Source of the DNA: Flavobacteriales bacterium
GTDB taxonomy: Bacteria > Bacteroidota > Bacteroidia > Palsa-965
Length of the DNA stretch: 64,000 bases
Assembly (NCBI GenBank): GCA_040377305.1
Contig: JBEIPA010000023.1
Location: 13,584-77,583, forward strand
Direction of reading: 5' to 3'
Below, piece after piece: positions 47,672 to 58,442 of the stretch (the stretch's first letter is position 1; the number at the start of each line of letters is the position of its first letter). The position numbers were made by a program, and so were the translations under genes. The notes beneath the pieces were generated by a model that worked only from the letters and a program-made list of their open reading frames with translations, was not told the origin of the DNA and did no database searches.

Positions 47672-48751
47672 ATGAGAACAACAATAATTCTTGTTGTGGC
47701 AGCACTTGCTTTTTGTTCGTGCAATCATGATGAACATGAAACAACAGAAGAAACAAAATTCATAGCTACAAGTCCGCTACGTAAGGACACCTTAATTTAC
47801 CGCGAATATGTTTGCCAGATACATTCAATTCAACACATTGAACTGCGTGCGCTGGAGAAAGGTTATATACAAAAGATTTATGTTGACGAAGGACAGACGG
47901 TAAAAGCCGGCGACCTGTTGTTCCAGATTATGCCGACTATCTATCAGGCAGAAATGGAGAAGGCTGCTGCAGAGTTGAGTTTTGCCGAGATCGAATATCA
48001 GAATACTAAATCACTTGCAGATAGTAATATCGTTTCCAAAAACGAACTCGCACTTGTCCGCGCTCGCATGCAGCAGGCAAAGGCTGAGCTAAGCCTTGCG
48101 GAAGCACATTTGGCTTTTACTCAAATACGGGCGCCGTTCGATGGAATAGTGGATCGCTTTCACGTTCGCTTAGGTAGTCTCGTTGATGAAGGTGAGCTGC
48201 TCACTTCATTGTCCGATAACAATAAAATGTGGGTGTATTTCAACGTTCCTGAATCTGAATACCTCGATTACGTTACGGCTAAGCATTCAGATAGCTTGCT
48301 GAAAGTCGAACTTCAAATGGCGAACCATCAATTGTTCGGTCAGCATGGGATTGTTGAAACCATTGAAGCAGATTTCAACAATGAAACGGGCAACATTGCG
48401 TTTCGGGCAACCTTTCCTAATCCGGATAGAATCCTACGTCATGGCGAAACAGGAAATATAATGATGCCCATCCATCTGGATAATGCTTTACTCATCCCGC
48501 AAAAAGCAACATTTGAAATTCTCGATAAAAAGTATGTGTATGTCGTGGATGAAAAGAACATTGTACACACACGGGAAATTACCGTGGGAACCGAAATACC
48601 ACATGTTTACGAAGTCGTGAGCGGTTTATCTGAAGGCGATAAAATTCTGGTGGAAGGCTTGCGGAAAGTGAAAGACCAGCAGGAAATTCATTACGAGTTT
48701 GAGAATCAGGTACAGATTATTGCCGATCTGAATTCACTCCACGCTGAATAA
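47672..48751 (+). CDS. RND efflux periplasmic adaptor (lipoprotein)
   Basis: Lipobox FCSC, VDEGQTVKAGDLLF, IRAPFDG and RATFPNP motifs. Confidence 0.93.
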   Translation: MRTTIILVVAALAFCSCNHDEHETTEETKFIATSPLRKDTLIYREYVCQIHSIQHIELRALEKGYIQKIYVDEGQTVKAGDLLFQIMPTIYQAEMEKAAAELSFAEIEYQNTKSLADSNIVSKNELALVRARMQQAKAELSLAEAHLAFTQIRAPFDGIVDRFHVRLGSLVDEGELLTSLSDNNKMWVYFNVPESEYLDYVTAKHSDSLLKVELQMANHQLFGQHGIVETIEADFNNETGNIAFRATFPNPDRILRHGETGNIMMPIHLDNALLIPQKATFEILDKKYVYVVDEKNIVHTREITVGTEIPHVYEVVSGLSEGDKILVEGLRKVKDQQEIHYEFENQVQIIADLNSLHAE

Positions 48752-48774
48752 GCAGAACGTAAAACGTAAAAACT

Positions 48775-51700
48775 ATGTTCAGCAAATTCATCAAGCGGCC
48801 GGTTCTGGCTATAGCTATTTCACTTGCCATTATTTTTATTGGCATTATCGCCATTTACACGCGTCCAGTTTCTCAGTTTCCTGAGATTGCTCCGCCCCGT
48901 GTAAATATTTTCATCGCCTATCCGGGTGCAAGCGCGGATGTGTTGGTGAACTCAACCTTAGTTCCTCTTGAACGCGCTCTGAATGGCGTACAGGGCATGC
49001 AATACATTATATCGGATGCAACCTGCGCGGGAGAAGCTACAATTCAGATTGTGTTTGAGCCCGGTGTGGATCCGAACGCTGCAGTTGTGAATGTAAAAAC
49101 CCGGGTTGATCAAATCATGAACAACCTTCCTCCACTGGTACAGAGAGAAGGTGTAGTAATCACTCCGATTCAGCCAAGCATGCTCATGTATGTGAACCTG
49201 TTCAGCACGGATAAAAACACCGACGAAAAATTCCTGTACAACTATGCAAGCGTTCATATTCTGCCGGAGCTTCAACGCATCAGCGGAATGGGCCGCGCAC
49301 AAATTCTTGGAAGTCGTCAGTATGCCATGCGCATCTGGTTAAAGCCGGACAGGATGATGGCGTACAATCTTTCCACCGAGGAAGTGATGGAAGCAATTAA
49401 CGAGCAAAGCGTAATTGGACGTCCCGGTAGGTTGGGACAGAGCTCGGGCAAATCAGCACAATCGCTCGAGTATGTGTTGACCTACAAAGGTCGGTTCAAC
49501 AAACCCGAGGAATACGAAGAGATTATTGTTCGGGCTACACCTGAAGGCGAAATCCTTAAACTGAAAGATATTGCAGAAGTTGAACTTGGGAGCGAGTTCT
49601 TCGATATCTATTCCAACAAGGATGGGAATCCCGCGGCGTCCATTGTCCTCAAGCAGAATTTCGGCAGTAACGCAAGCGAGGTCATTGATAAAGTAAAAGT
49701 GAAGCTTGAAGAAATGAAGGGCGACTTTCCTCCGGGAATGAATTACGAAATCAATTATGACGTTTCGAAATTCGTGGATGCTTCGATTGAGAAAGTATTA
49801 CATACGCTACTTGAAGCATTTATTCTCGTCGCGTTGGTCGTATTCATCTTCCTTGGTGACTGGCGATCGACACTCATTCCGACACTGGCAGTTCCGGTTT
49901 CGTTGATCGGCGCCTTCATTTTCATGCAGATGTTCGGGTTGACAATCAACCTCATCACGCTGTTTGCTTTGGTACTGGCGATCGGTATTGTAGTCGACAA
50001 CGCAATTGTTGTTGTTGAGGCTGTTCACGTGAAAATGGAAGAGGAGAACATTTCTCCTTACAATGCTTCGAAGAAAGTATTAGGAGAAATCAGCGGTGCT
50101 ATTATTGCGATTACGCTCATTATGACTGCGGTTTTCATTCCGGTTGCATTCATGCCTGGACCTGTCGGGATCTTTTATAAACAGTTCTCCATAACCATGG
50201 CCAGTGCTATTGTTCTCTCCGGACTTGTTGCACTCACTCTAACACCAGTTTTGTGTGCTATGATTCTGAAAAACACGCACGGAAAACCGAAACGTAAGAC
50301 GCCGGTTCAGATGTTCTTAACATGGTTCAACAAACGGTTTGACAGGATTACCGGACGCTACACCAACTTTCTCAAGCGAATTGTAAATCGTCGCGTTGTG
50401 ACCTACGGAATCTTCGCAGCATTCGCACTTGGAATATTTTTCATGAACAAAACTGTGCCCGCAGGATTTATCCCGAACGAAGATCAGGGGCAGATTTATG
50501 CAATCATTCAGACTCCGCCTGGAACTACACTGGAAAGAACCAACGATGTCTCCAGAAAGCTGCAGGAAATTGCAGAAGAAGTTGAAGGCATTCAATCCGT
50601 TTCCTCGTTGGCTGGATATGAAATTCTCACGGAAGGACGTGGTTCTAACGCAGGAACCTGTTTGATCAACCTGAAAGACTGGTCGGACAGAGAACAATCT
50701 GTTCACGAGATCATCGAAGAACTGGAAGAGCACACAAAAGATATTGGTGCTGTCATTGAATTCTTCGAACCACCAGCTGTTCCTGGATACGGAAGCTCTG
50801 ATGGCTTTTCCCTTCGCCTGCTGAACAAGAGTAGCACTGTCGACTATCAGGATTTCGACAAGGTAAATTCTGACTTCATGGAGGAGCTTCGAAAACGCCC
50901 GGAACTTTCAGGTCTGTTCACTTTTTATGCTGCGAATTATCCGCAGTACGAACTGATCATTGACAACGAGCTTGCCATGCAGAAGGGAGTATCCATCGGA
51001 AAAGCAATGGACAATCTCGACATTCTGATTGGAAGCACCTACGAACAGGGTTTTGTGCGCTTCAATACGTTTTACAAAGTATACACTCAGGCAGGCAATG
51101 AATACCGCAAGTTACCCTCCGACATTCTGAAGCTGTACATCAAGAACAATCGTGATGAGATGGTGCCCTATTCTTCATTCATGACCATGCACAAGACGCA
51201 GGGCCCGAATGAAATCACGCGATTCAATCTGTATGCGTCTTCTTCGATTAAAGGTGTTCCCGCGAAAGGATACACAACAGGAGATGCAATTGCAGCGATC
51301 AGAGAAGTATCAGACAAAACACTTCCTCAGGGTTATGACATCGCATGGGAAGGTTTGTCGTATGATGAAGCGAAGAGAGGTAATGAAGCTGTCTGGATTT
51401 TCATTGTTGTGATGTTGTTTGTATATCTCATTCTGGCCGCACAATATGAAAGCTTCATTATTCCGTTCGCTGTAATCTTGTCATTGCCCGCCGGAATTTT
51501 TGGTTCATTTCTTTTGCTGAAGATGATGGGACTTTCGAATGATGTCTATGCACAAATCGGAATTATTATGCTCGTCGGACTTCTTGGTAAGAACGCCGTT
51601 TTGATTGTTGAGTTCGCAATCCAGAAACACAATCAAGGTTCTTCAGTATACGAAGCGGCGATTGAAGGAGCTCGGGTTCGTTTCCGTCCCATTCTGATGA

Positions 51701-52005
51701 CTTCATTCGCATTTATTGCAGGATTGATTCCGTTGGTAATTGCTACTGGTCCGGGCGCAGTTGGCAACCGAACAATCGGAGCTTCTGCACTTGGTGGAAT
51801 GCTGTTCGGAACCATATTCGGTGTGATAATAGTTCCTGGACTCTATTTCATTTTCGGAACACTCGCATCCGGAAGAAAGCTAATCAAAGACGAAGATGAA
51901 AATCCGCTAAGCGAAGATTTTGTTGAGACGGGCTCGGATGAATCCATCATCAAAAAGATTCTCAAAACATTAAGAAACGAAAATGAAAAGCAAAACAAGA
52001 AATAA
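48775..52005 (+). CDS. RND efflux permease (HAE1 family)
   Basis: FIKRPVLA, QFPEIAPP, YAMRIWL, AIGIVVDNAIVVVE, KNAVLIVEF and RFRPILMT motifs. Confidence 0.96.
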   Translation: MFSKFIKRPVLAIAISLAIIFIGIIAIYTRPVSQFPEIAPPRVNIFIAYPGASADVLVNSTLVPLERALNGVQGMQYIISDATCAGEATIQIVFEPGVDPNAAVVNVKTRVDQIMNNLPPLVQREGVVITPIQPSMLMYVNLFSTDKNTDEKFLYNYASVHILPELQRISGMGRAQILGSRQYAMRIWLKPDRMMAYNLSTEEVMEAINEQSVIGRPGRLGQSSGKSAQSLEYVLTYKGRFNKPEEYEEIIVRATPEGEILKLKDIAEVELGSEFFDIYSNKDGNPAASIVLKQNFGSNASEVIDKVKVKLEEMKGDFPPGMNYEINYDVSKFVDASIEKVLHTLLEAFILVALVVFIFLGDWRSTLIPTLAVPVSLIGAFIFMQMFGLTINLITLFALVLAIGIVVDNAIVVVEAVHVKMEEENISPYNASKKVLGEISGAIIAITLIMTAVFIPVAFMPGPVGIFYKQFSITMASAIVLSGLVALTLTPVLCAMILKNTHGKPKRKTPVQMFLTWFNKRFDRITGRYTNFLKRIVNRRVVTYGIFAAFALGIFFMNKTVPAGFIPNEDQGQIYAIIQTPPGTTLERTNDVSRKLQEIAEEVEGIQSVSSLAGYEILTEGRGSNAGTCLINLKDWSDREQSVHEIIEELEEHTKDIGAVIEFFEPPAVPGYGSSDGFSLRLLNKSSTVDYQDFDKVNSDFMEELRKRPELSGLFTFYAANYPQYELIIDNELAMQKGVSIGKAMDNLDILIGSTYEQGFVRFNTFYKVYTQAGNEYRKLPSDILKLYIKNNRDEMVPYSSFMTMHKTQGPNEITRFNLYASSSIKGVPAKGYTTGDAIAAIREVSDKTLPQGYDIAWEGLSYDEAKRGNEAVWIFIVVMLFVYLILAAQYESFIIPFAVILSLPAGIFGSFLLLKMMGLSNDVYAQIGIIMLVGLLGKNAVLIVEFAIQKHNQGSSVYEAAIEGARVRFRPILMTSFAFIAGLIPLVIATGPGAVGNRTIGASALGGMLFGTIFGVIIVPGLYFIFGTLASGRKLIKDEDENPLSEDFVETGSDESIIKKILKTLRNENEKQNKK

Positions 52006-53413
52006 AGTCGCGATCATGGGGCTGATTCTCCTTCTTGCGATGAGTTGCGGTATACCGAAAGGAACAGCACTTAAGGAAAACACATATGTTCCTTCTGCAT
52101 ACTTCAATTCGGCCGATTCAACAACCATTGCAAATCTGAATTGGAGGGAGTACTTCACCGATACCGATCTGATCTCGCTCATAGATTCTGCACTGAAGAA
52201 TAACCAGGAGCTTAACATTATGCTTCAGGAGATTGAAATCAGCAAGAATGAAATCCGGGCAAAGCGGGGTGAATATCTCCCGACTGTAGACTTGGGAGCA
52301 GCAGGGGGCGTTGAAAAAGCAGGACGATTCACCAGAAACGGAGCAACAGAACACGCTCTGGAAATTGATGATGGGACACCATTTCCGGAACCATTGCCTG
52401 ATTTAATGTTCGGTGCATCTGCTTCATGGGAAGTTGATATCTGGAAAAAGCTCAGAAACGGAAAAGATGCAGCAAACAAGCGTTATCTCGCGAGCATTGA
52501 AGGCAAGAACTTCATGATTACTAATCTCGTTGCAGAAATTGCAGAGTCGTACTACGAATTAATGGCGCTGGACAGCAAACTTGACAATATCCAGCAGAAC
52601 ATCATCATTCAATCGAACGCGCTTGCCGTTGCGAAACAACAAAAAGAGGCCGCGAAAGTCACACAACTTGCAGTTAATCGGTTTGAAGCCCAGCTTTTAA
52701 ATACGCAAAACCAGCAGTTCGAAGTGCAACAGGCGATTTTTGAAGTTGAGAACCGGATCAACTATTTAATTGGCCGATTTCCGCAGCCGGTCAAAAGAAA
52801 TTCGGTAGGATTTATTGAATTGCGTCTGGACTCCATTGAAGCCGGAGTTCCTACACAGTTGCTTGTGAATCGGCCGGATTTGCGGATGGCGGAACAAGAA
52901 CTGGCAGCATCAAAGCTTGATGTCAAAATTGCCCGGGCCAATTTTTATCCTTCACTCCGCATTACTGCGGGGGTGGGATTCAATGCGTTTAATCCCGCAT
53001 TCCTACTCAACCCGGAATCAATGATGTACAGTCTCGCAGGAGATCTCGTAGCTCCACTCATCAACCGAAACGGTATTCAGGCAGCATATGCTTCGGCGAA
53101 TGCGAAACAAGTACAAGCGGTGTATAAGTATCAGCAAACAATTCTGAATTCGTATGTCGAGGTTCTAAATGAGGTATCGCGTCTCAGCAACTTTTCGAAA
53201 AGCTATTCAACCAAAAAGCAGGAAGTGCAAATTCTGATGCAGTCGGTTGAAATTGCGAACAACCTGTTCAATTCGGCACGCGCGGATTATTCTGAAGTGC
53301 TATTAACGCAAAGAGAAGCGATGGATTCGAAAATGGAACTAATTGAAATCAAAATGAAGCAGCTCAGTGCAAAGGTGAATATCTACCGTGCATTGGGAGG
53401 TGGTTGGAAGTAG
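51983..53413 (+). CDS. TolC/NodT-family outer membrane efflux lipoprotein
   Basis: Lipobox AMSC, ASWEVDIW, RPDL, ANFYPSL and YRALGGGW motifs. Confidence 0.94.
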   Translation: MKSKTRNKVAIMGLILLLAMSCGIPKGTALKENTYVPSAYFNSADSTTIANLNWREYFTDTDLISLIDSALKNNQELNIMLQEIEISKNEIRAKRGEYLPTVDLGAAGGVEKAGRFTRNGATEHALEIDDGTPFPEPLPDLMFGASASWEVDIWKKLRNGKDAANKRYLASIEGKNFMITNLVAEIAESYYELMALDSKLDNIQQNIIIQSNALAVAKQQKEAAKVTQLAVNRFEAQLLNTQNQQFEVQQAIFEVENRINYLIGRFPQPVKRNSVGFIELRLDSIEAGVPTQLLVNRPDLRMAEQELAASKLDVKIARANFYPSLRITAGVGFNAFNPAFLLNPESMMYSLAGDLVAPLINRNGIQAAYASANAKQVQAVYKYQQTILNSYVEVLNEVSRLSNFSKSYSTKKQEVQILMQSVEIANNLFNSARADYSEVLLTQREAMDSKMELIEIKMKQLSAKVNIYRALGGGWK

Positions 53414-53428
53414 AGTGGGAGTCAATGA

Positions 53429-53461
53429 GAAGTCCCGGCTTTTTGTGCGGCCGGGACTTTC
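53429..53461. terminator. Bidirectional terminator between TolC and uvrB
   Basis: AAGTCCCGGC-tttttgtgcg-GCCGGGACTTT. Confidence 0.7.
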
Positions 53462-55498
53462 TTATTGCTTCTCTTTTCTCAACCGTTCAAGCGCAAACAT
53501 TTCATCGCGCAGTCTCGCCGCTTCAATGAAATCCATTTCTTTCGCTGCAGATTCCATTTGCTTTTTGGTTTTGGCAATAGCCTTCTCGAGCTGATCCGCT
53601 GTCATGTATGCGAATACCGGCTCGGCTGCAATGCTCAATTCAGAATCCGGAACTTCAGAATAAGCACGACCGGTTTTATAAGTCGAAGTACCGCGGGTTT
53701 GCGCAAGAATCGAATTCATCGAGTCTTTCGACTTCGTAATCTGACGTGGACTTTGGTTGTGTTCAAAGTTGTACTGAATCTGTTTCTTGCGGCGACGATC
53801 AGTTTCATCCATCGTCTTACGCATAGAGTCCGTGATCTTGTCGGCGTACATAATCACTTTTCCATTCACGTTTCGAGCAGCACGACCTACAGTTTGAACG
53901 AGCGAACGTTCTGAACGAAGGAATCCTTCTTTGTCTGCATCTAGAATTGCCACGAGAGAAACTTCGGGCAAATCCAATCCTTCCCGAAGAAGATTGATAC
54001 CAACAAGTACGTCGAAAATTCCTTTCCGAAGATCCTGCATAATCTCCACGCGCTCGAGTGTATCTACGTCCGAGTGAATGTAACGTGTACGCACACCAAC
54101 ATTCGCCAGGTATTTGGAAAGTTCTTCGGCCATACGCTTGGTCAGTGTAGTGACGAGAATTCGTTCATCCCTCGCTGTTACTTTCGTAATCTCATCGAGG
54201 AGATCATCGACCTGTCCTTTGCTCGGGCGAATTTCTATAATTGGATCAAGTAGGCCGGTTGGACGAATTACTTGTTCAGCGACTACACCTTCGCTCTTTG
54301 CGAGTTCATAATCAGCAGGAGTTGCGCTCACATAGATCACGCTGTTCAGCATGCTTTCGAACTCATCGAACTTCAGCGGACGGTTATCCAAAGCAGATGG
54401 CAATCGGAATCCGTGTTCAACCAAAGCTTCTTTGCGCGAACGATCGCCGCCCCACATCGCGCGTACTTGCGGAAGCGTAACGTGACTTTCGTCGATGACC
54501 ATCAGAAAATCATCCGGAAAATAATCGAGCAAACAGAAAGGGCGACTTCCCGGTTGCCTTCCGTCGAAATAGCGGGAGTAGTTCTCAATGCCGGAGCAGT
54601 AACCCAGTTCACGCATCATTTCCAGGTCGTAAGTAACACGATCCTCGAGCCGTTTCGCTTCGATGTGCTTGTCTATCGATTTCAGGAAATCAACCTGCTT
54701 CACCATGTCTTCTCCGATCTGGTTGATTGCGCCTTTCAGCGTGTCTGGCGAAGTCACGAAAATGTTCGCAGGATAGATATTCATTTCCTCGTACTTACCG
54801 ATGACTTGTCCGGTCGTCGTTTCGAACGTTTCGATTTCTTCAATTTCGTCGCCGAAAAAGAAAACACGCACAACGTAATCGGCATAAGCGAGGTTGACAT
54901 CAACCGTATCCCCTTTTACCCGAAAGTTTCCGCGAAAGAAATCGCCTTCTGATCGGGAATAGAGTGAAATCACTAACTGATGCAGGAACTTATTGCGGCT
55001 GATTTTCTGTCCCTTATGTATACGAATGATATTCTCGTTGAACTCTTCCGGATTACCGATGCCATAAATACACGACACAGAAGAAATCACGACAATATCC
55101 TTTCGTCCCGAGAGTAGGGAAGAGGTTGCACTCAAACGCAGCTTCTCGATTTCGTCATTCACCGAGAGATCCTTCTCTATATAAGTGTCCGACGTCGCGA
55201 TGTATGCTTCCGGCTGGTAGTAATCGTAATACGAAACGAAATATTCCACGGCATTTTCCGGGAAGAACAACTTGAACTCGCTGTATAACTGTGCCGCCAG
55301 TGTTTTGTTGTGACTCAGCACTAACGTTGGGCGATTGATCTGCTGGATCACATTCGCGATGGTAAAAGTCTTACCGGAACCCGTAACTCCAAGCAGCGTT
55401 TGATACTTGTCTCCATTCTTCAACCCCTTTACGAGGTGTTCTATGGCTGTTGGCTGATCGCCGGTTGGCACATATTCGGAGATGAGCTTGAATTCCAT
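53462..55498 (-). CDS. uvrB: Excinuclease ABC subunit B
   Basis: PTGDQP, GVTGSGKTFT, YFVSYYDYYQPEAY, DESH, GRAARN and C-terminal UVR domain. Confidence 0.98.
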   Translation of the reverse strand: MEFKLISEYVPTGDQPTAIEHLVKGLKNGDKYQTLLGVTGSGKTFTIANVIQQINRPTLVLSHNKTLAAQLYSEFKLFFPENAVEYFVSYYDYYQPEAYIATSDTYIEKDLSVNDEIEKLRLSATSSLLSGRKDIVVISSVSCIYGIGNPEEFNENIIRIHKGQKISRNKFLHQLVISLYSRSEGDFFRGNFRVKGDTVDVNLAYADYVVRVFFFGDEIEEIETFETTTGQVIGKYEEMNIYPANIFVTSPDTLKGAINQIGEDMVKQVDFLKSIDKHIEAKRLEDRVTYDLEMMRELGYCSGIENYSRYFDGRQPGSRPFCLLDYFPDDFLMVIDESHVTLPQVRAMWGGDRSRKEALVEHGFRLPSALDNRPLKFDEFESMLNSVIYVSATPADYELAKSEGVVAEQVIRPTGLLDPIIEIRPSKGQVDDLLDEITKVTARDERILVTTLTKRMAEELSKYLANVGVRTRYIHSDVDTLERVEIMQDLRKGIFDVLVGINLLREGLDLPEVSLVAILDADKEGFLRSERSLVQTVGRAARNVNGKVIMYADKITDSMRKTMDETDRRRKKQIQYNFEHNQSPRQITKSKDSMNSILAQTRGTSTYKTGRAYSEVPDSELSIAAEPVFAYMTADQLEKAIAKTKKQMESAAKEMDFIEAARLRDEMFALERLRKEKQ

Positions 55499-55525
55499 AC
55501 TGCAAAGATAACCTCGCGCGCGCGT

Positions 55526-55558
55526 AAACCTTAAAGGTTTTAAAAACCTTTAAGGTTT
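55526..55558. repeat. Perfect 33-bp palindrome between divergent promoters
   Basis: AAACCTTAAAGGTTTT-A-AAAACCTTTAAGGTTT. Confidence 0.85.
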
Positions 55559-55582
55559 GAGCAAGGCTATTATCTTTGCCCC

Positions 55583-56329
55583 GTGATTCTCGGCAAAAAA
55601 CTCGTCATCGTACTCCCGGCATACAACGCGGCTTTAACGCTTCGCAAAACGTATGAGGAAATTCCATTCGAAATTGTGGATGAAGTTGTACTTGTAGACG
55701 ATGCAAGTAAAGATCGAACCATTGATGTGGGCAAGGAGCTGGGTATTCACCACATTATTCGCCATGAACAGAATAAAGGCTACGGTGGTAACCAGAAGAC
55801 CTGTTACAACAAAGCGCTCGAAATAGGGGCTGACATTGTAATCATGCTTCACCCGGATTACCAGTACACGCCCAAGCTGATTCACTCCATGGCCTACCTT
55901 ATTGCGAATGGCGTTTTCCCGGTTGTACTTGGTTCGCGTATTCTGGGCAAAGGGGCTTTACGCGGTGGAATGCCATTGTACAAATACATTTTCAACCGCT
56001 GTCTGACCTTTGCACAGAACGTTCTGATCAGCCAGAAACTCTCTGAATATCACACAGGTTACCGCGCCTTTTCTAAAGAAGTGCTCGAAGGCATCAAATA
56101 CAATTCGAATTCCGATGATTTCGTATTTGACAACCAGATGTTGTCTCAGATCGTTTACGCGAATTTCGAGATTGCAGAAATTACGTGTCCTACGAAATAC
56201 TTCCCGGAAGCTTCTTCCATCAACTTTCGCCGTAGCCTGAAATACGGTCTCGGGTGTATGTCCGTGTCGTTTAAGCATCGCTTTAACAAATGGGGATTGC
56301 TTAAATCTGAAATCTACCAAAAGCCGTAA
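55583..56329 (+). CDS. Glycosyltransferase family 2 (polyprenol-phosphate glycosyltransferase-like)
   Basis: VLPAYN, VDDAS, NKGYGG, HPDYQY, GSR and HTGYRAF motifs. GTG start. Confidence 0.93.
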   Translation: MILGKKLVIVLPAYNAALTLRKTYEEIPFEIVDEVVLVDDASKDRTIDVGKELGIHHIIRHEQNKGYGGNQKTCYNKALEIGADIVIMLHPDYQYTPKLIHSMAYLIANGVFPVVLGSRILGKGALRGGMPLYKYIFNRCLTFAQNVLISQKLSEYHTGYRAFSKEVLEGIKYNSNSDDFVFDNQMLSQIVYANFEIAEITCPTKYFPEASSINFRRSLKYGLGCMSVSFKHRFNKWGLLKSEIYQKP

Positions 56330-56575
56330 TTCCGGTTTCCGGTTGGCCGAAACTGGTGCTCGAGAATTTCCGTTTAGCAATCGCAATAAGCTTAATTCGA
56401 ATTCCTGAACATCGAAAAGTTGTAGTCACGAAAAAGGGCCAACCACACCGTTTCTACCAGTTTATTGTCGTAAATTGACCTGCTATTGACTGATAAAGGA
56501 ATAATTCCGAAAATAGATGTCAATTACTGATTAGTCAAACAAACAAGTATCACCAACACGCCAAAAACTATCTAC

Positions 56576-58222
56576 ATGAAGAAAGTTTTATCTCTATTCG
56601 CTGGTGTATGTCTTTCAGCTTCATTGTTCGCGCAATTGACGCCTGGTAGCACTGCACCGAACTGGACTTTCCAGGATCTTAACGGTAACACGTGGGATCT
56701 TTACACGCTTACAGCACAAGGACAAACAGTTTTTATTGACGTCTCTGCAACATGGTGTGGACCTTGCTGGAACTATCATAACACACACGCACTTCGTGAT
56801 GTTTATGATGAGTACGGACCAACAGGAACAATCCTGCCGAACCAATTGATGGTTTTCTTCATTGAAGGAGATGCTGCAACTACAATTGCTGATTTGAACG
56901 GAACAGGTTCAAACACACAGGGCGATTGGGTTACTGGCACAACGTATCCTATCATCGATCCAGGCAACCAGACCAACACGTTCAACTCGAACTATGCGAT
57001 TGGTTACTTCCCTACAGTTTACAAAGTATGTCCTGATAACAAGATCTACGAAGTAGGTCAGATCAATGCACAGGCTTTGTTGAACTCAATCAACGGATGC
57101 ACATTCGCAACTGACGCTTTCCCAAGTGCTGGTCCGTCAATGAGCTGCGCAACTACTTTCTCGCCAGTTGTTGAGATCACAAACAATGGACAGTCTACAA
57201 TGACTTCTGTTGACATCACTTACTCTTATGATGCTGGTTCACCAACAGTTTACAACTGGACTGGTTCATTGGCAGCAGGTGCATCTGCAAACGTGACTTT
57301 GCCTAGCGCAACTTTCACTGGTGGTGCTCACGTTGCACATGTTGCTACTTCTAACCCGAATGGCGGAACAGATAACAACAACATCAACAACTCACAGGAC
57401 TTTGCGTTCACGGTGATGACTGCTGCTGGAACTCCTGCTCCGTACTCGAACAACTGTTCGTCAACCGGATTCCCATATGCAAACTGGAACCTGAACAATG
57501 CTGACAACAGCACTACCTGGACTCGTGTATCGACTAACGGTGGTTCATTGAAACTTGATTGCTTCAACTATGGTTCACTAGGTGAGATCGATGAGTTCAC
57601 AGTTGAGCCAATCGATTTGTCTACAGCTTCTGCAGGTTCAGTATCGTTTAGCGTTGCTCACGCACGTTACAGCAATGCTTATACAGATGCTCTCGAAGTA
57701 TTGGTATCAAGCGATTGCGGTGCTACATGGACTTCAGTTTGGTCTAAGTCTGGAACTACACTTGCAACAGCTGCTAACACAACTGCTGCATTCACTCCAA
57801 CTGCAAATCAGTGGCGTGCTGAGTGTATCGACCTTACTCCATACGTAGGGAACAACAAAGTGTTCGTTATGTTCCGTTCGGTGAACGGTTACGGTAACAA
57901 CATTTATGTTGACGATATCTCTGTTACAACTTCAGTTTGTCCTACAGGAGTTAATGACCTGGACAACACGACTAACCTCAACGTATACCCGAACCCTGCT
58001 AACTCTTTTGTTAACATGAGCTTCAACCTCGTTGATCGTTCAGAAGTAACTGTAAACGTTTACAACACGCTTGGAGAAGTTGTTTACACTGAGAATAAAG
58101 GCACATTGGTTGGTGAGAACATCATCTCTATCAACACTGAGAATTTCTCTAACGGAATGTACATGGTAGAACTTGTTGCTGGTGAGACTAAGACAGTTTC
58201 CCGCATGAATGTGAGTCACTAA
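56576..58222 (+). CDS. T9SS-secreted protein: redoxin domain, CARDB/Ig-like, jelly-roll and CTD
   Basis: APNWTFQDLNG...SATWCGPCW, WTGSLAAG...NPNGGTD, GNNIYVDDI and VYPNPAN...YNTLGEVV...NGMY. Confidence 0.88.
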   Translation: MKKVLSLFAGVCLSASLFAQLTPGSTAPNWTFQDLNGNTWDLYTLTAQGQTVFIDVSATWCGPCWNYHNTHALRDVYDEYGPTGTILPNQLMVFFIEGDAATTIADLNGTGSNTQGDWVTGTTYPIIDPGNQTNTFNSNYAIGYFPTVYKVCPDNKIYEVGQINAQALLNSINGCTFATDAFPSAGPSMSCATTFSPVVEITNNGQSTMTSVDITYSYDAGSPTVYNWTGSLAAGASANVTLPSATFTGGAHVAHVATSNPNGGTDNNNINNSQDFAFTVMTAAGTPAPYSNNCSSTGFPYANWNLNNADNSTTWTRVSTNGGSLKLDCFNYGSLGEIDEFTVEPIDLSTASAGSVSFSVAHARYSNAYTDALEVLVSSDCGATWTSVWSKSGTTLATAANTTAAFTPTANQWRAECIDLTPYVGNNKVFVMFRSVNGYGNNIYVDDISVTTSVCPTGVNDLDNTTNLNVYPNPANSFVNMSFNLVDRSEVTVNVYNTLGEVVYTENKGTLVGENIISINTENFSNGMYMVELVAGETKTVSRMNVSH

Positions 58223-58241
58223 GTACAGAAGTTTTTAAGTT

Positions 58242-58273
58242 AAAGGCTCCGGTAGAAATATCGGAGCCTTTTT
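58242..58273 (+). terminator. Intrinsic terminator
   Basis: AAAGGCTCCGGT-agaaat-ATCGGAGCCTTTTT. Confidence 0.8.
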
Positions 58274-58442
58274 CATTTAGCATATTGGGCTGTCTGCGAC
58301 GCGTACCATGGCGACCGGTGAAACGGCTGCAAGCCAACTGCGGAATCTGAAGCAGAAATAGGGACGTATATACACTTTGCCGAATTTGACGTAAATTGAA
58401 CCTAAATTCTACTCAACCCATTCTCAACTTAATCCGAAAGCG

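Noticed and set aside
54272-54952. 226-aa + strand ORF
   Set aside because: Antisense to uvrB.
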